Of a stretch of 64,000 nucleotides of DNA, positions 48,672 through 62,100 are shown piece by piece (positions within the stretch are counted from its first letter, which is position 1; each line of letters opens with the position of its first letter). The translations under genes and the position numbers were made by a program. Under the pieces are notes generated by a model. That model saw only the letters and a program-made list of their open reading frames with translations, made no database searches and was not told the origin of the DNA. This stretch comes from Botryllus schlosseri (lineage: Eukaryota), in the NCBI GenBank assembly GCA_051294905.1, contig CM119384.1:7750001-7814000 (forward strand), written 5' to 3'.

Positions 48672-50144
48672 TTACCCGCGATTGTGAATAGAGAAGTCAG
48701 CATTCGATCGTCCGCGCGTTTGAGTTCTGTTTTCCGGTTGAGGGTGCCTGTTTTGAGCAGGATCGGCACTTTCGTGTCTTCTAACTGCTCTGTTATATGT
48801 CCTAACCGGTCGCTTCCCGTTTACTTTCGGCGGACGCGGCATCGCTCGCCTGATACGCGACATGGCTACAGGCAGTTGTTGCGTGCCAACTGTCACTAAG
48901 CTTGGAGTTGTGAAACCGGCTACGCTGCCGTGTCTAAGGCGATGCCGACCAACGGTCACTGTGTCTCTAGTCTTCGGTTTATCCTGCGTTCTCGACGAGG
49001 AACTCGGATACAAAGCGCAATCCGGATCCGTCTTGTTCTGAGGACCTTCTGACTTGCACGAGTCTGCCTCAGAAGGCTCGTTACGCGATGGCGGGTGAGT
49101 CGCTAGGCTGTTTTGCACCAGCCTGTGGTTGTTTCTTATCAAGACCGTCGCGTCTATGATATCCTGGCTGGTGCAGCTGCCTGGAGGTGGTTTTCGCACC
49201 GTGGCTGGCTCAGAAGACGCGCCTGACTTCTTGCCGGACATGATCTGCGCTTGAATTTCGAGATTCGTGGCAGAGTGTGGTCTCGGGCAGAGATTTATGG
49301 AGCTAGTCGACGGGAGCGACGCGAACGACGGGTTGTTAGAAGCGTCGAGCCGCTGATGACACGGTATCGGCAGTACCTTACGGGTAACCCCTGGTCTTTT
49401 CAGCGGTTTTGCCGATTCGGATTTGTGATAAGGAGCGGTGAGAGGGTTTCTACTCTCTCGCACAGGCCAGATGGAGTTGTATTTTGATATCGATTTGCTT
49501 GGTTTACTGGTAGGCCTGTGCCATCGGTTGATGTTAACTTTGACAGAACTGGAAGCGGTTTGGGGATGGATATAATTGAGTGATGAAGAATTCGAGACAG
49601 CGTCACCGTCTGTGCTTCTCGGAGGCCCGTTGTTCCATTGAAAGCTGACTTGCGAGCGAGGTAGTTTGTGCGCGGACGGCGGTTTGGTTGGCGGCAAAGG
49701 CGCGTAACTCTGCCCTAAGAGCCTACCGAATCCGTTCTGCGACCTGGAAGCGCTCTGCCTGCTGCCTCCGTTGATATTCCTAGCGGCGCTAGGTATCATC
49801 ATACAAAATAACCCGTCGGACGCGCCGCTGCCTCTCAATAAGTAAGGGTTTTTACGGGTACGCTGATCGTTGCTCGCTTTCGAGCCTAGCCTCCACACTC
49901 TAAGCCCTGAATTGCAGTTCTGCGTTGTGCTGTGAGCTGATATCTCTAGCCTCAAATCGCCTGACGACACCCCCGGTCCTGATATGTACTGCTGCTTGGG
50001 CCTCTCTAAATTTCTCTGACCCTGGTAAAAGTCGAATATCGGCGAGCCCACGGGCCTCGACAGATAGCTTGTGAAGTTTCCGCGGTGTGACAGCCCGCCG
50101 TAGTTCAGCGAGTCACCGTGCAACGCGGCCTGGTACCAGCTGGC
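48672..50144 (-). CDS. TTLL6: TTLL6 large terminal exon (490 aa, S/P/R-rich, likely disordered)
   Basis: taattttcag| acceptor in phase 0; single open frame of 1473 nt to TAA. Confidence 0.75.
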   Translation of the reverse strand, partial: ASWYQAALHGDSLNYGGLSHRGNFTSYLSRPVGSPIFDFYQGQRNLERPKQQYISGPGVSSGDLRLEISAHSTTQNCNSGLRVWRLGSKASNDQRTRKNPYLLRGSGASDGLFCMMIPSAARNINGGSRQSASRSQNGFGRLLGQSYAPLPPTKPPSAHKLPRSQVSFQWNNGPPRSTDGDAVSNSSSLNYIHPQTASSSVKVNINRWHRPTSKPSKSISKYNSIWPVRESRNPLTAPYHKSESAKPLKRPGVTRKVLPIPCHQRLDASNNPSFASLPSTSSINLCPRPHSATNLEIQAQIMSGKKSGASSEPATVRKPPPGSCTSQDIIDATVLIRNNHRLVQNSLATHPPSRNEPSEADSCKSEGPQNKTDPDCALYPSSSSRTQDKPKTRDTVTVGRHRLRHGSVAGFTTPSLVTVGTQQLPVAMSRIRRAMPRPPKVNGKRPVRTYNRAVRRHESADPAQNRHPQPENRTQTRGRSNADFSIHNRG

Positions 50145-53100
50145 CTGAAAATTAGTAACGGGGTAATGTTTAATGCATACTGCGGTTGGAAATTCATCTC
50201 AAAATACAAACGAGGCCACGGGTATACTGAATATTCTTTCCTGTGCTAGCTCTAAATGAAGTTGCTCTGTCACCGGATCTGACTTGCTATACTGACATAT
50301 TTCCTTATATGAACACAGTACTTTCTACGTAACATTTTCAACTCTGGCTCAAACTACCAAGGTCAATCCACATCGTAATGCGGGTACCAGAAAATTGCCT
50401 TTCACAAGGTGCAAAATGTAAGAGAACACAACCCCATAACATGCATAGTAGGGTTATGGGGCCTAGTGTAGTTTCTTACCCTGACCGAATATATCTATTA
50501 TTATGCCACCTATCAAACTTGGCTCTCGTATTAGTAATGACACCATGTGACGAAACACATAATATGACGTCATATTCTTCATTATACCGCGATTTATCAC
50601 GATGCTAAGTGAAGTCGGCTAGCAATAGTCAACTAGCTGATGTATACCGGGCTCAAGTACATGGATATCTATATATATAGTCCAGATACCCCTGATCCAG
50701 TTATATTCACTACATTTCCTTACCCCGTGAGGCACCATGGTCTTGACCAGCCCGGTTGTTCCCGGCGTGCTGTGCAACAGGCGGTGGACCTGTTCCACGA
50801 TGCCCAGACTCCTCACGAGGCTGTCCCGCTGCAGTAGCGCGCTGATTCGCTCCAGCTCCTCGTCTTCCGAGATGTCGAGCGGCTTGCTCGTGTCGAGCGG
50901 AGGCAGATCGTCGTCCGGAGATAACATCCGGAGCTGGAAATTGAAGAAACGGGATATTATGAGATGTCGTGATACTGTGAGGCAATTAGCTTCACAGGAT
51001 GTAAAATTGTAAAGTGACGCATGCAAAATTAAAGCTAATATAGTTGTGAAGCAAACCGCTGTGCGTTCTCAGTGTTGATTAGAATGCAACAAAGGTGAGT
51101 TTTAGGGCAACACTGTGAAGGTCGGACTTGGACAACTGCAATAATTCTAATTGTCTCATTAGATTAAATTAGAGCGAAGTGCCGCTTATCTAATTTGTGA
51201 AGTAATCCATGCTATAATTTCTATCTAATATCTGGTTTTCCTGAAAATGCTACAGGTGAACAGTATAGTGCGAAACGAGCCAGGCTCTGAATTTAACTTG
51301 ATTTTAGTGATGTTTCTCCCAACTTGTCAATAAATTTTCAGGTTTTTGCGAATTCAGGAATTCTAATTCTAACCTGTATGGCTATAATTATAATTCCAAG
51401 ATAATTTGAAAAAGAAAATTTTATATTTGACCAACTCTGGCGAAGGTAATGCGATTCGTAGCGTTCCTAAGGCGACCACGAGATTGTAGACATAAACATA
51501 AGTTCGTGCTGTAAATGTCGATAGCAGAGTGTTGAAATCAAGGTGCCAGAAAAGAGTGCGTAATTCGCAAGCGTGTCGTGTGAGTTTTAAGAAAGAATTA
51601 TATGACAGATTCGGTGTCAAATGTATTGAGAGATCGGTTACGGTTTCGCGGTCGCCTGTGACGTCACAATCGTTTTCCGGCGACACATCCGGGTCTGGTG
51701 TTTTTGCCAAGTTGGAGTTGGACATCCTCTGTAGAAATCGGTAACCGGAATAACTTTCCGAGGCCTGTCACAAACGAATACTATCTGATAGCAAGCGATT
51801 AGCAGGGAACGCCTGTGTTTGTTACTTAAACACACAAATCGAGGTTAGTTCGTTCGCAACACGTCAGCCGTGAGCGGTTGGAAAATATCCCGAACCTCTT
51901 TTTGGCCAGTGGTCAGGCGCCGCGTAACCGGTCGGTGTCGAAACGGAACCATCCCCGGCATACCACGCCGTTTCTTATCACCCCCTGCTTCGCCTGCTTC
52001 TTTTTTAGTTTCGGGCCGGTAGGGCCGGCCTTTCAACATCGCTTCTCTTTTTTCTTGTTTGATTCGAATCTCTTCTCTCTGAGCCCTGGAGTATACAGAC
52101 GAGGGCGATGTCAACAATACTACATTCCCGAATCAGAGGCGGCGCATATACTCCATGCCATAATTTCGAAATGTTCTCGCTTGAAGTACAACTGATTTTG
52201 CTGCGAAATTCGACAGCATATAGTTTGTAGGCTTGAAATGTGAGGCATCAGTGAAAAGCTAAGTGTAAATATAACACAGCGACTTTGGTGGAAATCATAT
52301 TTGTAGCCTACCTGTTAGTGTTCTGCAAAACTGAACATCGTAAAACAAATGATTATACGGGCTGTTCAAAGGCCAAATAAATCTACAATGAGACTGGCTA
52401 TCGAATAGAATTCTTTATATGTCCTTCAAGCCACCCAGGGTGTTGAGTCAAATCTAAGAACTTATACTGCACGATTAGATGTGCGTCATATTTCATTTAC
52501 AAGCATCTTATAACCATTATCTGTTCACTGAATGGCTGTTCGAGTTCTCGTTTATGTCCATGACACGTACCGTAATTACCTTAATACAACCAAATGCTAC
52601 AATTATTTAGATATCATTAACAGTGTTTTTCGTTAACACGTCCAATTCGAACATCAGTAAAGTCAAACTAAGTGAACTAGAGATTTAGGGATAGCACCAT
52701 GTCTGCTGTGCAGACAGAACTGTACAGAACTTTATATGCCAGTACATAGATAAGTAGGCTACTGGTAGGAAAATTCACATACAGACGTAATCTCGTACAT
52801 ATTATTCCCGATACATAATACAAAACGTACATTGCCGTACATTCGTTCATATTCAACCAAAGTGTTTAAATCTTACAAAAAACAATCACGGGTGATTGTG
52901 GAATTTTACGTTTCAACGCCATTGTCTTACTTGGCTGCTTCTTCTCTGGCCTTTGAAGCCGCCGTCGTCTGGAACAACGAACAGCTGTTTTCGAAGTACT
53001 TGTCGTATTTTTCCGAGCCGTCGACAGGGTATATCCTCCTGAATCCGCCCATGTGTTCGTCTTCGTATTTTGTGATCATTTCGGAAAATTGAGCTTGACT

Positions 53101-56100
53101 CGTCTTTAGCTCTTCGAGTCTGGAAATACAAATACACGATCGATGTTGTGCGATGATTTTAACGGATGGGAGCTCTATCTGAGGTGACAGCGGAACAGGT
53201 ACATCGGTATCGATTTTGGTATCAGTAAGACGCCGGTGAGTCGCGCCTAGGATGACGCCAATTATACGCAAACGGATTTGGATTGCGCGGAAATTAGCTG
53301 CTGAAAATCTCGTTCAAATTCACTACCAAATTCTCAGTCAGGACGTGAGGCCCAATTTTAATCATAATACAGGGATTCATATGTCCATAACATGCTGATT
53401 AGGTGAGTAGGTCGAATTGACGACGTTGATCGTCCCGAATATTACAGAAAAATATGATCAAACTCAAATTTCTGCCTTCTCAAGAGACAAATTTTCTGTA
53501 ATCCATACTAGGCGGGCGTCTGTACGATTTGCCCATTTCAGTCTACACCAGTCGGTAACTTTACTCAAAGTTCACTCCGGCGCGGTACAATCCCAAATGA
53601 GACTTTAGGAATAGATCTTAAGCACGGATCGCATCTCAATGATTCGAAATTTAAAAGAAAATATGATATTCAGAAGAGCCAGAAATCCTAAGAATACTAT
53701 CCTAAATTCCAACAATCAGAGGGAAGAGTTACACTGTTCCGCCAAATGCTAATCTTACAAGCTGATAAATGATCGTGAGCCATACTTGGATTCTCTGGAT
53801 TTTGGTTTCGCAAGCAATCGCTCCTTCACTCTTTTCCGATCCTCCTCGAGGCACTTTCTCCGGTCGATCGATCTCAAATCAAGAAGGTTGAAGGTATCGT
53901 ACAGCAGACCTTCTTTGACTTCTTTGTCCAGTTTTGCGTCGGTATGGAAGGACGGCGAGTGATTAACCTGGAAGAAAGCGGAGAATATCATTATCGCTCT
54001 ATATCTGATATATGGTGCCATTGGCAAATTTGGATAATGGAGAAGTTTAAGGTTTATTCAAGTCACATGTGCTTAACCTTTGACTATAATAGTGACGTGT
54101 TATTCATACCTCCAAAATCCATGCCTTCAACTTCTTGTCCAGCATAACATCAAACCCGAGTATTTCGAAACAAGCACTCCCTTTGAGATGGTTTGGGAAG
54201 CATGTTCTGTAGTTGTGCTTCAGAATGGGATGAGCCGATATCAGAGTCTTTATAATTACATCCTGCAAAAACAAAGCATTCGAATTTGCTATGTCATCAA
54301 CTAGCTAGAGCAGCCCTTCCGAGTTGCTTCATAAAAAAGTTGACAGCATTGAAATATTTTCAAAGCTTTTCTACTACACAAGCAGTATATTAGTATCTGC
54401 GAATGTCTGCTTGTTATAAGCATTCGGTTCTAGTTTCACCAAATGCAGTATGCCTACACAAAATTAATGATATTCGTATGTTGAGGAGGGAATATACATC
54501 ATACACGTATGCATACAATGCTGCATAAAAGGGAGTGACTATGGTTGGTATTACTAGAAAGCGCATTCTTTCGTGGACTATGTGATGTATATTGAAGTGT
54601 CTCTTTCTTGACATACCGGTAATTATAATGAGATAGATTGACCCCACAACCCTCAACACATACATGAAAGCAGCTAGGGGCGGATCACTAGAGCAGCTTC
54701 AAAGCTGCAAAACACTATGTATGTAAGCATAAGATCTTTCTTGAAAGAATAACAGATCTGGTTTGTAAAGAGCTATTGTGTACTTTCAACGAGGACACGT
54801 TCAGAGTAATGTGTTCACTTGGATTTACGTCACGAACGCGAGATCAATGATATTCCCCCATATTGACTTTGGCGCCAAAAGTTAACTTGAAAGGTGTTGT
54901 TAAAATAACGTTGTGTTGGCGTTCACACACTATGGTAGAAAATCTACACGTTAATGTATCAACCCACATGCGCAAATAAAGTCCAATTGGATTATATCCG
55001 GATTGATGAGAAAGCAATTTCATAGATACACAGAGATCGCTTCAGATACACACATTTCAACTGGATATGACCTCGGGCTACTTTGAAGAAAAGATAAAGG
55101 CACTTTTCTTCTTGAATCTTGTAAAACGTACGACATCGGTATCACGTGTACCAAGGCAAACTTGACTCTAGTCAAGGGCGAGACCGAATCCAGAGGCACT
55201 TGACAGTGCGCTTGTGATTAGATAACCAATCCTATTCAAGCCAAGTATCTACCATAACGGCAGTAGGCCTGCGCCACAAAAAGATATTCCAATTACTCAT
55301 ACAATCAATTAAAGTTATTACGTCGTCGGAACTCACCACATATGATTACAATTTGACATGGGAGATGACTGACAATACAAACTTCATTAAGTTCCGCAGT
55401 GGGCGAAATCAACACGGAAGCGATTCAGATCCTGTGTTATACTATAACGGTTTAGCGTATTAGATTACCAAACAATAACATTTTATATGAATGGTTCCTA
55501 TTATCGTCCTCCTTTACATATCACCGATATTATATGTTACAGACCGGAGACCGGGCAAAGTCCTTGAATTGACAGTGAAACGGGAATGCAGAACTGCAAG
55601 GATGCCAATGGTTCCTAATTGTGAAATGGGAGGACTCAAACACTCGAAATTATACGAGACCAAAACAGCTGCAAATGCGACTTTGTCCAAACAAAATTTC
55701 ATGATTAGAACATTGACACGTCATTGTAATTCTAACAATACAATGAAGTCATGGTATATATTCATCACAGTGAATCAGTCCCCCTCTCCAATAAGTATGT
55801 ATAGGTGACTGTACCGCTGCTAGCACCCGTAATGCACTCTTCTTTCATTGGAAACTAATTCTAATGACTAGAAAGGGATACAATGAGAGTTTTAAGAATG
55901 CTGCAGTTGAAAAAGGTTGACTGAAAGAGAATTGGGCTGTTCCAAAATAAGTTTCCAAATTTGACTGACTACTTGATAAAATTGATAAAAAAACGCTGCA
56001 CACCAAATTTGGCTCAAAGTTTTGTATGTATTAAATTAAAATAAATATTTTTCAAATTTCACCGGCTACCCCATAAAATTGTTTGGTTGTCTAGAAAAGT

Positions 56101-59100
56101 GATGCATTACAAATTTGGCTAATTCTAACCCGTACAAGTGAAGTTCTTGGAATATAAAATTTTGGATTTGAAAATATTATATAATAAATACTGATAGAAT
56201 TTCCCATCATATCCTTCTTCGACTGTATCATTGTAGAGAGTAGGTATATTTTGATTGTTGCATCCAAACAAGAAGAAAATTAAATCATGAAATTAATAAC
56301 AAAAGGAACTTAAGGGGTCGGACAGGGGGTGATTGATATGACTATGGGTGGAGTCACTTAATCCAATTTTACCCAGGATTAAAATTTACTAGTGTGATGC
56401 TAAAAAGATGTTGTCGTGGAGAATACGTAAAATTTACATCAGATAATAAAACCATCGCAGAAATTTGATGGGCTATGACAGTCAGTACAAGGACGTGTCA
56501 GCAAGCCGCTGAAAATCCAAAATCTTACCCGCACTAACGCAACAAGCACATTAATGAAATCATATTTTCACAAAAAAACCGGGCTCCAGTATGAAACAAA
56601 AAATTCACCTCGATATTGGCCCACATTTTCACGGTGTCATATCCATGATCTTCTAACCACTGATTGATTGACGCTAGCTTGCGTTTGCTTCCCGTGTCGT
56701 CGTCTCGGATAAAGTCTTCGCTGTTTTTGTTGATGGCATAATTAGTGAGGTGCATGCATACTTCATCCTGCAGAAGAAAAAAAAGCTAGGATCAGTTGAT
56801 GGTAAATAACCCAGTGGTGTTTGTGTCCATAAAAATAGGCTTTTACAGCCAACTGAGTATATAAATCGCATAAAACAACAAAGCACCGAACTGAACAAAA
56901 CAGGGAATCATTGACCTTACTATTACCTGAACTTATGTGCTAATACTGTAGCCTACTTCTCTGTATACACCACAGTAGTCGAATGCTTAAATCACAGTTA
57001 AATATTTAAGCAGCTAGCATGTCATGTGCGATTCATTCCAAAGTTTGCCACCATATTGTTGCTAGTCTAGAAAAAATATGAGAGATTTTCAAGCTGTTCG
57101 TGACGGAAAACAAAATATACCTATTGTACAATTGCCTTTGTAATGGCCAATTCACAGCTGCATATTTGTGTTATGGCAGAAAATGTATATTTTAACAATG
57201 GTACTCTCACGTCATATATTTTAAATGCCCTGACATTCGTGCCATAGCTACTAGGATATGTAATAAGGGTTACAATCAGCATAACAGGGTGTTTCATTAA
57301 CAGTAAATCTTAAAATGTAAATCTTACTTGGAAATATAAATCTACATACAGATAGCGTCTTAGTCACTACAAGATTGATGACCCTTCTGCGTCAATATCT
57401 TCATTGTATTTAATCATACATTTTAAGAGAATATCAACCAATATTGATGACAATATACCTACTATTATACTGATATTGCCCAAAAAAACTTTATGTGTCG
57501 ATATCTAATATTGGCTCGTATCGTAAATCTATTGACAGCAGAATTGTAACATGTAAAGTCAATGTTGATCTTGCCACACATGAACCATGTCATCAACATC
57601 TAAATAGAAGCTTGATTTACGATTTAAAGGAGTATTTAAACATCTGCGAGTTATTAAATCTCCACTGTATATCGTTGCCTAGATATATATGGAAGTGAGA
57701 TTAATTTACAGTTGGATTGTGTGTATTGGAAATATGATTGCTCAGATAATTGGGTGGAAATATTTCTATAAATCACAAATGTAGGCGTAATGAAATGTTT
57801 TGTAAAAATACTGCTCAATGTAATAATATATGTCCAATGTCCATGTCCAATTTCATAAGAATACAGCATTAGCGATTAAACGAAATAGAGATAATGTTCA
57901 CACAAAGTTTAGTGCGCAAAATTAACAGACACAACCACACATTGGCCATTGTCATATTAAAAGTGAATCTAACTAACTAATTCATCCAAGCATTAGCCAT
58001 GAAGATTTAAGAGTAAGCCTATCAAACCTAAATCATGGATAGCACGACAAAAGTACCCAAGATACCTTGCGGCCTATCTCACACTTCTCTTTTATGCACT
58101 CAACCGATGTACCGTACACTGCAGAAACTAAAGAAGCCTGCATTTTGAACTGATTCTACCAAATGAAAGAACAAAAATGAGTTCAGCGCTACGATATATA
58201 ACTACATCTATATCAATATATAATATAGAAGAAAGGTATTCTTGAAGGACTCAGCACTAATGAAGCCAAAACGAAACAACTTTTGTCAAATAAAAGATAA
58301 GTCCTCCAAACATCAGAGCTATCAAATACACACTACTTGAAAAACAAGTGCCACAAAACATATTATACAAAAGCACATATTGAGAAGATGAAGTGAGTAT
58401 TGAGCGCAGTGGCGATTTGTGAAATATTCAAACTCAATTTCATACCATATTATGATTATTTGGCTCCTGGTATTTCTTCGTGGCGAACCGGGCGAGTCCT
58501 TCTTTGTATACGAATATCCGGAACGGATCGCACGACGTTACAAGGACGTATATTCGCAAATCAAACTTGTAATTATCAATCGTGAAACACTGAATGGAAA
58601 TGTATCACACATCAAATATATGAAACAGGTCACAATCCATTTACACATGGAGTCAAACGACGGTTCAATATCTCGTCTAGAGATTCCTTCGGAAGATGCG
58701 TTGATACAAATAGATTGGCATCGAAAGGACGATAAACGCTGTCACCATATCAAATTCAATGCAAAAACATCACTGAAAAATGGATTTGTGTAGATCAAGG
58801 ACGTCGTAGATTTTTTCAATCAGTGCCAAACATAAGAACTATGCAAGGCCCAGGCCTCACATTGCAGGTGACATATTGATCCATTACTACTGTATGTATC
58901 TTTATCTGGAATTATTATTGTTCAGTTCAGTTTATCATTGAAATTTCATCATTTCAAAACACCACAAGACTGTGACACTATGAAAAAGTGTGTTTTTTCC
59001 ACGTCAAAATTTCTATTGCTAGTAAATGTGATTTCAACCCAAAGTTGAAAGGGATTGTGACCTTGGAATCTTACTTCAGCATGTACCACATAGGCCTACT

Positions 59101-62100
59101 ACCGAATTGCTCAAAGCGCTTGAATCGATCAACATTAAATTTGACATTGGGATATCGCGAGTCCAATAAATAATACAGCATAAAATAATGATTGAACACA
59201 CCGCCAAAAGTCTGATAACATGCATTTTTGTCTCGTTATTTACATTATGCACAGTCGCAGTCCACAATTATTAGTAAATGAACCTTTGTAAGATACTGCT
59301 GACAAATCATATGCTCTCCAGGTTTGATATCCTTGGGATTTCGCGTAATAAAAATTCCTTTGCCTTGACATCCGCTTTCCGGTTTGCATATGTAGGTTTT
59401 GTTCTTCTTGCTTCGGCAATACGCTTGAAAATCGCTGTAGCTGTTTGAAGAATCGTGAGAGTTTCAGCAGATTACACAAATTTTTCGAAATGTTACGCTG
59501 CAATATCAAGTCTACGCATGCCAACATTTTATGAATCATGGAACTTTACTTTGTTGATGTTTTTAGTGGAGCGTAAAAAAGTTTGATAGTGGAACTGCCA
59601 ATAAACTGTACGGTACTAGTATAAGTTCATCTACCAGAGAGCTGAATGCCATTTAAAGGGAGTGTTAGAATATATTGCAGTGTTTCTTTTAATAGAAACC
59701 AGGTTCCAAAACAGGACCATCAAAGCTATCATTAAACAAGTTTAAACATCGTAAGACTGCATTTCCTGGGATGAGGTAAATTGTTATAGCAATAACAGTT
59801 TTTATAGGCTTTCAACTTTGAATTGTGGTCACATAGGTCTACCTGTGGAGATGATAGATAGATGGCTTTGAGCAGTGTTCAATTGCACTTGTGTGTAACG
59901 GAAACACATCAGTAAAATGTTGTATGATATTAACAGGGCTATGTGGAACATCCCTGATTACAGATTTATTATTATCTACGAGCAATTAAGCAAATACGTA
60001 CTCAGCTGGTAACGACCATGACTTTGGAAACAAACAATAGTCTTTCGGGAAGAGTTTGTAAAGTCGATTTAGATTCCTCGCCAAGAGATCTTTTCTGCAT
60101 ATTTCGTTCATTCCCGGAAAATGATTGATTTTCTGCAAACAAAACAAATATTCAATGGTATCACTCTGTTTTCATTATATTTATATGCAAATTCCTATGA
60201 ATAGTCATTTGTTAGGGTGTAAAATTGTCAGGTTGACTGGAAGGGGCATGGAAGGAAAAAAAGACATCTTTGTTATCCAGCAACTACAATGGGCAGTGAA
60301 AGTGTGATATCATATTCTATAAAATATCAGTAGTGTACCCTACTATGTCGTTTATGCAGAGTTATTCTAACCCACAAGCACACCAGTAGCATAAGTAAAC
60401 CATTATTCACTGAAAATCACCCCTAATTAAGCAAAGGGTAAGACATAATGAATTATGCATTACACGCATAGAGTATTGTAACGAAGAAACAGCTCATTTT
60501 ACTTGAAACCGTTTCATCTCCATGACTCTTTCGAGAGATACGGAATAATCGGTCCAGTAAACGGTCCAATCATCGCTATCCTCGGCTACTTCACGCATTC
60601 CAAACCGCCGGCTAACTCTTCTCACTGAAATAATATGTAAAACTCATAAACCAGTGCCAAAACGTACATTATCGTTGTTGATGAAATGCTGCAGTGATAA
60701 GAAATGGCATCACTCTTTAATTCGGGTAAACCAAAACATGTGCAAGTCAACTGGACTCAAGGAACCCCGAGGAAATATCATAAAAACATATTTTTGCGAA
60801 ATTCGAATGTGAACTGCCTTAACGGTCATTTCTTTGTATCAAGTTAACGTAAAGTACTTCTGTGGACAATATGATGAGACATCTCATATTCTCCTCAGCA
60901 GGACTTTTAAGAAATGATAATACCTTGAAGATTTCTGCAGTGACGTCAATCGGAATGTCAATTGTTATGAACTTATGACTCAAGTACCTTGCTTCAACTT
61001 TCTATCAATTCTCTCTTAATTAATGACTCACTTAATAAGTCTTCTTCTGTCATTATGTCACAGCACCCCTGCTGCTAATCGTGAGGGATTTACCCCAATT
61101 AGGTTGCTGTATTCCAAATTAAATGTGTATGCACTGGGAAACCAAGGAAAACACGTGAACTTTACTAATGATCCCTGAATATTAAATGGCTAAAGCATAT
61201 ACCCTGACCTACATCATATGCTAATTAAATTGAATAGCAAAAACATTTTCTTGCTGGAAGCATAACCATTAACAAACCATGTGATGGTGGTGGTTGGTGG
61301 TCCGTCACACGATTAAACACTGCAAGGTGTCATAATAATACAAGAACAATGATAAGCTGTAACCACACAATAATTGACAATACATTCCTAGCACCGAACG
61401 GGGGTAATGGTACTGATGAATTTCTACACGGCATATGGGTTGTCATGATAAGCTTTTGTTGCAGTTGGCACGGATAGAGTGGTATGAATCATTGCAGATT
61501 ATATCACAAAAAAGTACGATCAACTCACCGCTTTCATATTTGCAATTTGTCGTACAAATTCCAATCCACCTGTGATGGTAATCACAACAGTTGCATACAA
61601 ATTATGAGACAAAGATACAGTATCTCGTAGTGGGATTCACGGCCTCTTTTCACATGTATTAGCATGAAATTAGTTGACATTTTTCATCTGGCGTTAAGGA
61701 ATCTATCTGTAGTGTAGGCGACATAAGATTGTCGAGCATTTGAAGCCATTGATATACTAACTGGTGGCTTATTACTATAACACATCAACACCAATAAAGA
61801 GCAAGGAAACACTATTTAATACAATAAATGTTGTGAATCTGCTGTAAAGTGATAATACCAATGTGAAACCGCTGCACAGCTGAATTAAATTATTTAATCG
61901 TGCATTTACAGCTACTTGAAAGGACAGCAAATTGTAAACTAAATATAATTACAAAACGGACACTCTTCGTGTAGCACTTATAAAGCTCTCGCGTACCAGG
62001 GCTGTAATGACTCAGGCATGACTCGACTCGATTCCGACCCGAGTCACGATTTGTTGGTGACTCGAATTGACTCTTTAAAATATGGAAAATGACTGGACTC

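Noticed and set aside
58419-58793. 124-aa + ORF with a signal-peptide-like start
   Set aside because: Antisense shadow of TTLL exon 58589-58446 (KFDLRIY...).
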